This document shows, piece after piece, positions 47,227 through 54,509 of a DNA stretch of 64,000 nucleotides (within the stretch, counting starts at the first letter, position 1; the number at the start of each line of letters is the position of its first letter). Under the pieces are notes generated by a model. That model ran no database searches, was not told the origin of the DNA, and saw nothing but the letters and a program-made list of their open reading frames with translations. The stretch spans positions 247,206 to 311,205 of the forward strand of contig JAGWUB010000001.1 of assembly GCA_028868715.1 (NCBI GenBank), read 5' to 3'. A program made the position numbers and the translations under genes. The stretch is from Patescibacteria group bacterium. GTDB lineage: Bacteria; Patescibacteriota; Minisyncoccia; Phycocordibacterales; UBA9973.

Positions 47227-49158
47227 ATGTTTGTTGTAAAAAGATCTCACCACAATCCAATTCTTGTTCCAGATAAAGACCATTACTGGGAGTCTTTTGC
47301 TACGTTTAATATGAGTGTTGTTAAAAAGGGTAAAACTTTTTATGGAGTTTATCGTGCAATTTCAGCCGAAGATGAATTACGTACACCTAAGCGAGTTTCA
47401 ATAATAGGCGTTGGGAAAAGTAAAGATGGTATAGATTTTGAAGACCGAGTTCCACTCATTACCCCAGAAAAAGAATGGGAAAAGTATGGTTGTGAAGATC
47501 CCCGCGTTACTTTTTTTGAAGGAAAATACTATATATTCTATACAGCACTCTCGCATTATCCATTTGACGCCGATGGAATTAAGGTTGCCGTAGCAATAAC
47601 TGATGATTTTAAAAAAATCAAAGAACGTCATTTGGTAACTCCGTTCAATGCCAAAGCTATGTCTCTTTTTCCGGAACGTATCAATGGCAAGGTGACTGTA
47701 ATTGTGGCGATCCATACAGATATGCCTCCAGTGAAAATTGCAGTTGTGCAAGTCGATGAGATAGAGCAATTATGGGACCCAGATTTTTGGAAAGAATGGT
47801 ATAAAGACATAGACAAACACTCCATTGATTTAAAAAGATCTCAGTATGACCACATTGAAGTCGGTGCTTCTCCGGTTAAAACTAAAAGTGGGTGGCTTTT
47901 GGTATACTCACATATCCAGAATTATTTTTCTTCTCCTCGAAATTTGGATCGAATCTTTGGAATTGAAGCCGTGTTGTTGGATTTTGCTAATCCCTTGAAT
48001 ATCTTGGGGCGTACGAATGGCCCAATGCTAGTACCCAGTGAGCCCTATGAACTTTTTGGATACATGAGTAATATTATTTTTCCTTCTAGCGCAATCTTAG
48101 AAAAGAATAAATTGTCTATATATTATGGCGCCACCGATACGACAGTTTGTATGGCTCACGTAAATATAGATGATCTTGTTTCCACAATGCGTACAGAGAC
48201 TAAGGCATCATGGCATTTTGAGCGCTCTGAACTGAACCCCATTATCTCTCCTATTAAGGAAAATCCATGGGAAGCAAAGGCAACTTTTAACCCCGCGGCT
48301 ATTAGGATAGGAGATACAACTCATATATTATATAGGGCACTTTCAGAGGACAATACTTCCTCTATTGGGTATGCATCGTCAAAAGATGGACTACAGATTG
48401 ATGAAAGATTTTCAGAACCTATATATGTCCCAACAGAGAAATTTGAATTAAAAAAAGTTAATGGAGTAAATTCTGGCTGTGAAGATCCACGGTTAACTAA
48501 AATAGGCACGAATATTTATATGTGTTATACAGCATTTGATGGGATTGGCCCACCACGAGTAGCCATTACCTCAATTACAGAGAAAAATTTTTTAAAAAAG
48601 AACTGGCAATGGACAAAACCGATTGTAATTACCCCGGAAGGATTTGACGACAAGGACACCTGTATTTTTCCAGAAAAAGTGAATGGTCAGTATTTTATTC
48701 TGCATCGTGTTGGTGGAGAGATGTGTGGAGATTATTTTAAATCACTTAATTTTAGCACTCAAAAAGTTAAAAAATGTATCAGAATTATTGGTCCTAGAAT
48801 AAATACTTGGGACAGTCTGAGGGTCGGCATATCGGCGCCACCACTAAAGACAAAATACGGTTGGTTACTTTTATATCACGGTATTTCTAAAAGCAGTAAT
48901 ACTTATCGTATCGGGGCAGTACTTTTGGATCTCAATGATCCTGCTATTGTTCTCTCTCGTACTACTGACCCGATATTTGAACCAGAAAAACCATATGAAA
49001 AATCTGGAATTATAAATAACGTTGTTTTTCCATGTGGGATGACCGAGCAGAACGGTGTGCTGTATATTTATTACGGTGGAGCCGATACAGTCGTAGGAGT
49101 TGCTACGATGGAGCTTGATATTATTCTGAAAGCCCTTACCCGAGACATTAAAAAATAA
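47227..49158 (+). CDS. tandem double-GH130-domain protein
   Basis: Two complete GH130-like repeats: HNPILVP...GCEDPRVTFFEGKYYIFYT and ELNPIISP...ATFNPAAIRIGDTTHILYRALS...GCEDPRLTKIGTNIYMCYT. Confidence 0.75.
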   Translation: MFVVKRSHHNPILVPDKDHYWESFATFNMSVVKKGKTFYGVYRAISAEDELRTPKRVSIIGVGKSKDGIDFEDRVPLITPEKEWEKYGCEDPRVTFFEGKYYIFYTALSHYPFDADGIKVAVAITDDFKKIKERHLVTPFNAKAMSLFPERINGKVTVIVAIHTDMPPVKIAVVQVDEIEQLWDPDFWKEWYKDIDKHSIDLKRSQYDHIEVGASPVKTKSGWLLVYSHIQNYFSSPRNLDRIFGIEAVLLDFANPLNILGRTNGPMLVPSEPYELFGYMSNIIFPSSAILEKNKLSIYYGATDTTVCMAHVNIDDLVSTMRTETKASWHFERSELNPIISPIKENPWEAKATFNPAAIRIGDTTHILYRALSEDNTSSIGYASSKDGLQIDERFSEPIYVPTEKFELKKVNGVNSGCEDPRLTKIGTNIYMCYTAFDGIGPPRVAITSITEKNFLKKNWQWTKPIVITPEGFDDKDTCIFPEKVNGQYFILHRVGGEMCGDYFKSLNFSTQKVKKCIRIIGPRINTWDSLRVGISAPPLKTKYGWLLLYHGISKSSNTYRIGAVLLDLNDPAIVLSRTTDPIFEPEKPYEKSGIINNVVFPCGMTEQNGVLYIYYGGADTVVGVATMELDIILKALTRDIKK

Positions 49159-49174
49159 AGGTATAATATTCTTC

Positions 49175-49783
49175 ATGAATGCACCAATTGAATTATTACG
49201 CGTGTTTATTCTGGACCATAGGTCACTGGAATATATCATTATTTTTTTGGGAACAGCCCTGGGAGGGGAACTTGCTCTATTTGCTTTTGGTTTTCTGGCT
49301 GCTCAAAATTTTATTTCGCTTATACCTTTATTCATCTTTGGTTTTTTGGGAACTTTTTTTCCGAATATTTTGTGGTTTTTTATTGGTAAAACAAATACAG
49401 CCAGCCGAGTAATTTTAAATCGTTATGCTGACAATACCACTTCAATGATAACGCAGGCCGTGAGTAATATGAGTAAAGATAATCATTTTACAGCGCTGAT
49501 CATCATTAAATTTATTATAGGAACTCCATTTTTATTGATTATGTATGTGCATAAAACTGGACTATACCTAAAGCAGTTTCTTTACTACGAAACACCAGCA
49601 ATTCTTCTCTCGCTTTTGGTAGTTATTTTGATTGGTTTTATTTCTGGGCTTGGATTTACGATTCTTTCAGATATTTTCAATAATCTATATATAGCCATTG
49701 GGTTTATTCTAATAATTGCAGTAGTTATAATTATGGCTAAATTATGGATCAAAACACAATTTACCAAAAATATTTCAAAGTAA
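49175..49783 (+). CDS. DedA/VTT-domain-like membrane protein
   Basis: LEYIIIFLGTALGGELALFAFGFLAAQNFISLIPLFIFGFLGTFFPNILWFFIGK. Confidence 0.45.
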   Translation: MNAPIELLRVFILDHRSLEYIIIFLGTALGGELALFAFGFLAAQNFISLIPLFIFGFLGTFFPNILWFFIGKTNTASRVILNRYADNTTSMITQAVSNMSKDNHFTALIIIKFIIGTPFLLIMYVHKTGLYLKQFLYYETPAILLSLLVVILIGFISGLGFTILSDIFNNLYIAIGFILIIAVVIIMAKLWIKTQFTKNISK

Positions 49784-49800
49784 ACATGCATAAATATTTA

Positions 49801-49809
49801 TGGTATAAT
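49801..49809 (+). promoter_or_regulatory. extended -10 (TGGTATAAT) 6 nt upstream of the hpf ATG, implying a leaderless transcript
   Basis: TGnTATAAT at 49801-49809. The ATG is at 49816. Confidence 0.5.
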
Positions 49810-49815
49810 TAGGAT

Positions 49816-50214
49816 ATGCGAATAAATTTACAAGGCAAAAATATTGAGTTAACGGAGCCTATCAAAGATTATGTTTTAAAGAGAGTAACTAACTTGGAAA
49901 AATTACTTTCTGGGATTGAAAAAGGGGGAGGGGAAGTAGCAGTCACGTTTGAAGTTGGTAAAAGCACCAAGCATCACAAAGGAACTTCTATTTTTAATGC
50001 TTATTGTTTAATCAATACCAATGGCGAAGAATTTTATTCTAGCGCTGATGAGGAGGATTTATATACCGCGATTGATATAGTTAAAGAAAATCTCTTTAGG
50101 GAAATAAATAAAAACAAAGATCGTAAAAAGACATTGTTTAAACGAGGAGCCATGAGCGTCAAAAAAATGCTCAAAGGTCTTTCCAAGCGAAATCCTTTTA
50201 CTTCTAAGTACTAA
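49816..50214 (+). CDS. hpf: ribosome hibernation-promoting factor / RaiA family
   Basis: MRINLQGKNIELTEPIKDYVLKRVTNLEKLL...EDLYTAIDIVKENLFREINKNKDRKK. Confidence 0.85.
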   Translation: MRINLQGKNIELTEPIKDYVLKRVTNLEKLLSGIEKGGGEVAVTFEVGKSTKHHKGTSIFNAYCLINTNGEEFYSSADEEDLYTAIDIVKENLFREINKNKDRKKTLFKRGAMSVKKMLKGLSKRNPFTSKY

Positions 50215-51107
50215 TTTTTATAATCCATTTCTTTACCTCCCTCGGGGATAATTTTTTCTATAATGAATTGGTTATTTTCTAATTTTGCTTTAGTAATTAT
50301 TATTCTTTTTCCATCCTTAAAGAAGTAAGTTCTAGGCCAAGTGGCATAGGCACGAAATTTATTGTAATTTTTAACCGAGTCGTCAGAAAGATCTATTAAC
50401 CCATCTTCTTTTTTTATTTTAGTACAATAAGTTGCTTTTGTTTCATCTTGTCGAGTTGTTTTAATTGTTCCAGCTATAAATTCCGGTAGAGTTTTTACCA
50501 GAAGCTCACCTCCAAGTTTTATCAATCGCTTGCGAAGTTCTGGGGATTTTTCATCTGGCATTATTTCTGTCTTATCTATAGCAATGATTGGCCCGGAATC
50601 CATTTTGAATTCCATTTGTTGAATAGTTACCCCCGTCTCTGTGTCGCCATTTAAAATAGCAGATTCCACCGGTGAAGCTCCGCGATATTTAGGAAGCAAA
50701 GAATAGTGAAGGTTTATAGAGCCTAGCTTTGGTAGCTTCAGTATATTTTCTGGAATTATTTTTCCGTAAGCTACGACTAAGAAGAGCTCGGGGATATTTT
50801 TGCTTACACGCATATCCTGCTGGTGCAGGATTGCTTTTCTCGGCTCGTCAGCCTGCGAAGAGATCGCAAAAATATCCCCGAGCTCTTCTTTGAGTTTCTC
50901 TGGTTGTATGTATGGAATATTATTTTCCATAGCCCAAACCTTGGCTGGTGGGGGAGTAATGACCATTTTACGCCCCTGTGGGCGGTCAGGAGCAGTTACA
51001 ATAAGACTAGGTATATATCCAGCACTCTTTAGTATTTCCAAAGTCTCACTGGCCACATCTGGAGTACCCCAAAATACAAAATTTAACTTTTTACTATTAT
51101 CTTGCAT
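50211..51107 (-). CDS. fmt: methionyl-tRNA formyltransferase with a short in-frame repeat-derived insertion
   Basis: NFVFWGTPDVASETL and SINLHYSLLPKYRGASPVESAILNGDTETGVTIQ. Confidence 0.9.
   Translation of the reverse strand: MQDNSKKLNFVFWGTPDVASETLEILKSAGYIPSLIVTAPDRPQGRKMVITPPPAKVWAMENNIPYIQPEKLKEELGDIFAISSQADEPRKAILHQQDMRVSKNIPELFLVVAYGKIIPENILKLPKLGSINLHYSLLPKYRGASPVESAILNGDTETGVTIQQMEFKMDSGPIIAIDKTEIMPDEKSPELRKRLIKLGGELLVKTLPEFIAGTIKTTRQDETKATYCTKIKKEDGLIDLSDDSVKNYNKFRAYATWPRTYFFKDGKRIIITKAKLENNQFIIEKIIPEGGKEMDYKN
50800..50880. repeat. degenerate copy of the GC-rich palindromic element, inserted in frame in fmt
   Basis: TCTCGGCTCGTCAGCCTGCGAAGAGA matches the 25-nt core of the def element at 21/22 positions. 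An adjacent palindrome is ATCCTGCTGGTGCAGGAT. It encodes ..SSQADEPRKAILHQQD.. in fmt. Confidence 0.6.
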
Positions 51108-51111
51108 ATTA

Positions 51112-51693
51112 TTACTTAGGAAGTTCTTCTTTCACCTCCTTGGCATGGTCTATAAACAGTATGCCATTTAGGTGGTCGGTTTCGTGTTGGAAAATTTGAG
51201 CGAGCAAACCAGATGCTCCGCGAGTAAATTTTTTACCGTTTTCATCGTAAGCGGTGACAGTGGCTTTTTTTGATCTATTAACTTTTCCATAAAGCCAGCG
51301 GACAGAAAGGCACCCCTCTGGCAACCATTCCTTTTCACGCGAAAGTTTGGAAATTTTTGGATTGATAAACACCATATCTTTCTCCGCAGACTTTCTCAGA
51401 GCGGGGTCGCTATCTGTGCGTGCTCGCACAGCGCTCCCTCTCGGCTCGTCAACCTGCGAGAGACCCCGCCTTGAGAAGTCTGCTCCGAAAATTTTTCCTG
51501 ATACAACAAAAATTCTCAGGCTGTAACCAATCTGTGGAGCAGCTATGGCTACACCATCATGCTGGCTAGAGAGGGCCACAGACATCTCTTTTAATATCTT
51601 TTTTATTTTCGTAGTTTTAATATCTGGCAAAAGTACCTCTTTGGCAACTTTCCGCAAAGTCTTCTCTTTTTGTTGAAGAATTTTTTTTGGCAT
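51112..51693 (-). CDS. def: peptide deformylase carrying a 32-aa in-frame insertion between motifs 1 and 2
   Basis: Motif 1 GVAIAAPQIG, motif 2 EGCLS and motif 3 QHETDHLNG are present. The motif 1 to motif 2 spacing is about twice the usual. Confidence 0.9.
   Translation of the reverse strand: MPKKILQQKEKTLRKVAKEVLLPDIKTTKIKKILKEMSVALSSQHDGVAIAAPQIGYSLRIFVVSGKIFGADFSRRGLSQVDEPRGSAVRARTDSDPALRKSAEKDMVFINPKISKLSREKEWLPEGCLSVRWLYGKVNRSKKATVTAYDENGKKFTRGASGLLAQIFQHETDHLNGILFIDHAKEVKEELPK
51387..51482. repeat. 96-nt GC-rich MITE/RPE-like element with 22-bp terminal inverted repeats, inserted in frame in def
   Basis: CAGACTTTCTCAGAGCGGGGTC ... GACCCCGCCTTGAGAAGTCTG. An internal palindrome is GTGCGTGCTCGCAC. 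The core is TCTCGGCTCGTCAACCTGCGAGAGA. Length is 32 codons. Confidence 0.7.
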
Positions 51694-51700
51694 CCCAGTT

Positions 51701-53017
51701 TTAAAGCTCTTTTAAATAATCCAGAAGCTTATTTAATTTTACAGTATCTTGAGATCGATTGCCCATGTTTCTGACAATTACCGAATTGTCCAAAGCCTCC
51801 TTTACTCCAAAGATTATAGCGTAGGGGATAGCTAGCTTCTCGGCAATTGCGAGCTGGCTACCCAAGCTGTCCTTAGAGAGCGCTTGAGCTATAGGGACGT
51901 GGGCTTTTCTTAGTATTTCTATTATATTTAAACTTTTCAACTTTGCTTCCGAGCCCAACTGGATGAAATAAATTTTTGGTTTCTTTAATATGCGTGGTGA
52001 AAGTTTTTTATACCAAGGTGATGATACGATTCTGTCTACTCCAATAGAAAACCCCACAGCTGGAACATCACGCTTTGCACCAATTTGTCGGGCTAAATAA
52101 TCATAACGTCCGCCACCAGCGAGTGCCAATGGGGCACTACCTTCTTCTACTCCAGTTTCTATGACCTCAAAGACAGTACGGGTGTAGTAAGAAAGTCCAC
52201 GTACTAAATTTTTATTTATATTATATTGGATCTTCATTTCTTCTAAATACTCCAAAACTTCCTTGAAATGTTTCTTGCAAGAAGGGCAAAGAAATGAGAT
52301 AGAGTCCGGGGCTCGCTCATTGATCTCCTTCGTCTTTTCTTCTTTAGAGTCTAGGATGCGCAGGGGATTTATTTTTAAACGCTCTCTATCTATGGCCGGC
52401 AAGCTGCTTAAATTTTTTTTATAGAAGCTTGTAAGTTCTTTTATATAGGCACCTCTGCATTCTTTGTCACCAATGGAATTTATATCAATTGACAAGTTAG
52501 ATGCCCCAGCTTCTTCTAAGATACTCATACAAGTCTTTATGACTATCGCATCCATGATACTTTTTTCACTCCCAAGCGCGTCCACATCAAATTGCCAAAA
52601 TTGCCTATATCGTCCGCGTTGAGGTTTGTCATGTCTAAAAACTGGACCATAGTGGTAAAGCATCACTGGCTGAGGCATGCTCTGCATTCCGTGTTCGATA
52701 TAAGCGCGCATAACCGGCGCGGTGTGTTCTGGTAAAAGAGCCAAATGATCTCCACTCTTGGTTTTAAGAGTGTACATTTCCTTGTCTATAATGTCTGTGC
52801 CTTCACCAATACTAGATGTAAAAATTTCTTCATCTTCAATTATGTGGGTGGAGATTGGCTTGAAACCGTAATATACTGCCACCTCTTGAGCCTTTTCAAA
52901 AAACCCCTGAAAAGAATAATACTCTTCGTTCATTAAATCTCGCATCCCCTTAGGTGAAGTTATTTCCTTATTTTTATTTTTAACTTTCTTAACTTCGAGG
53001 TGTTTTATTTTTTTCAT
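51701..53017 (-). CDS. hisS: histidyl-tRNA synthetase
   Basis: Class II motifs and the HisRS signature YHYGPVFRHDKPQRGRYRQFWQFDVDALG. Confidence 0.9.
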   Translation of the reverse strand: MKKIKHLEVKKVKNKNKEITSPKGMRDLMNEEYYSFQGFFEKAQEVAVYYGFKPISTHIIEDEEIFTSSIGEGTDIIDKEMYTLKTKSGDHLALLPEHTAPVMRAYIEHGMQSMPQPVMLYHYGPVFRHDKPQRGRYRQFWQFDVDALGSEKSIMDAIVIKTCMSILEEAGASNLSIDINSIGDKECRGAYIKELTSFYKKNLSSLPAIDRERLKINPLRILDSKEEKTKEINERAPDSISFLCPSCKKHFKEVLEYLEEMKIQYNINKNLVRGLSYYTRTVFEVIETGVEEGSAPLALAGGGRYDYLARQIGAKRDVPAVGFSIGVDRIVSSPWYKKLSPRILKKPKIYFIQLGSEAKLKSLNIIEILRKAHVPIAQALSKDSLGSQLAIAEKLAIPYAIIFGVKEALDNSVIVRNMGNRSQDTVKLNKLLDYLKEL

Positions 53018-53022
53018 ATCTT

Positions 53023-53583
53023 TTATTCTGTTGGTTTATATTGACCTGGCATTACACTAATGTCAGTTAGTGGCAATAAACGCAAGAAGGCTTTTCCAAT
53101 TAAAAGATTACTTTTTACCGCACCCCAAAATCTAGAGTCGGAGCTGGCATTTCTGTTGTCACCCATCACAAAGTACTCATCACTCTTTAATACAAAGTGC
53201 GTATTATTATCTGATGGATCTTTTACGAAAGGCTCGTTAAGCTGGAAACCGTCTTTATGTTGGGCGTTGGTTATAGTTATGACACTACCCTTTATGTCTA
53301 CAGTTTCATTTGGTAGGCCAATTATTCTTTTAATAAAAAATTTAGTTTGATCATTAGGATATCTGAACACAACTACATCATCTCGTTTTGGACTTCCAAG
53401 TTCGTATGAAACCTTATCTACGATAAGATAGTCTCCATTCTTGAAAGTAGGGAACATAGAACTGCCTGATACTACGAATGGCTCTATGACATAGACGCGT
53501 ATCGGAATTACTATAATTAATGCAATGATTATAAAACGTACTAGCTCCCAAAACGACTGCTTTAGTGTTTTTTGTTGTTCCAT
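53023..53583 (-). CDS. lepB: signal peptidase I (S26)
   Basis: GSSMFPTF (Ser), KRIIGLPNE (Lys) and MGDNRNASSDSRFWG boxes. Confidence 0.85.
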   Translation of the reverse strand: MEQQKTLKQSFWELVRFIIIALIIVIPIRVYVIEPFVVSGSSMFPTFKNGDYLIVDKVSYELGSPKRDDVVVFRYPNDQTKFFIKRIIGLPNETVDIKGSVITITNAQHKDGFQLNEPFVKDPSDNNTHFVLKSDEYFVMGDNRNASSDSRFWGAVKSNLLIGKAFLRLLPLTDISVMPGQYKPTE

Positions 53584-53683
53584 CGCTATAATATATCATA
53601 CTCTAATATTGACAAAGTATCATGTCTTATTGGCTAATGATAAATTACAAATTAAGAATTACGAATTTTGTTATTATATAACA

Positions 53684-54211
53684 ATGAAAATCGTTGCTGG
53701 TTTAGGAAACCCAGGAAAAGAATATGAAAATACGAGGCACAATACCGGAAGGATTATGGTTTCGTTGGTGGAGAAAAAAATCACTAACTCTAAAATAAAA
53801 TTTATCACTCCGGATACTTTTATGAATAATTCCGGCAAGGCGATAGCACCTCTCGTAAAAACAAAAAAAGACTTAAATGACCTTGTGGTAATTTATGATG
53901 ACATAGATTTACCTCTTGGAAAAATAAAAATATCTTTCAATAAAAGCTCTGGTGGGCATAATGGCCTAGAGTCAATCATCAAGAAATTAAAATCTAGAGA
54001 ATTTGTGCGCATCAGGGTAGGCATAGCTCCAGTGACTCCATCGGGCAAATTACGTAAACCAACTGGTGAAAAAGCTGTGTTAAATTTTTTACTCGGTGAA
54101 TTTAAAAAGTCCGAACTTGAACAAATCAAAAAACTTTCCAAAAAGGTTACTGAAGCGGTGGAAATGATTTTTTCCGAAGGCCGAGAAAAAGCAATGAGTA
54201 TTTATAATTAA
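53684..54211 (+). CDS. pth: peptidyl-tRNA hydrolase
   Basis: MKIVAGLGNPGKEYENTRHNTG. I chose the internal ATG at 53684 rather than the ORF-track start at 53525. An extended -10-like TGTTATTAT lies 6 nt upstream. Confidence 0.85.
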   Translation: MKIVAGLGNPGKEYENTRHNTGRIMVSLVEKKITNSKIKFITPDTFMNNSGKAIAPLVKTKKDLNDLVVIYDDIDLPLGKIKISFNKSSGGHNGLESIIKKLKSREFVRIRVGIAPVTPSGKLRKPTGEKAVLNFLLGEFKKSELEQIKKLSKKVTEAVEMIFSEGREKAMSIYN

Positions 54212-54480
54212 TCTTCGTTTTCTTTTCTTGTAATTTTTTTTATAGCATTTATAAATTCCTGCTCTTCCTTATTTACTTGTCTTTTATTTTGTTTTATAAG
54301 TTTTTGGATTTGAACGCAAAAATCCTTAGCTTCTGCTATTTTGTTTAAGTTATAAGCTGACCAACCACCCTTAAGATATAGTCTCAATACATCTTCAGTT
54401 GCTACACTTTCTGTAGTAATGTTGTTTTCTTTTGTAAAATTTCGTATTACTTCTTTTGAATTTCTTGGTTTTTCTATCAT
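54208..54480 (-). CDS. hypothetical 90-aa protein
   Basis: ORF only. It overlaps the pth stop. Confidence 0.3.
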   Translation of the reverse strand: MIEKPRNSKEVIRNFTKENNITTESVATEDVLRLYLKGGWSAYNLNKIAEAKDFCVQIQKLIKQNKRQVNKEEQEFINAIKKITRKENED

Positions 54481-54509
54481 GGTTCAATAAATTTATATTG
54501 ATAATTGAT

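Noticed and set aside
53525-53683. A long N-terminal extension of pth. Similar extensions precede gap (57697-57795), dnaE (57735-57821) and proS (13625-13690).
   Set aside because: The extensions are hydrophobic or low-complexity, cross promoter-like elements and are not part of the conserved proteins. The canonical N-termini begin at internal ATGs.
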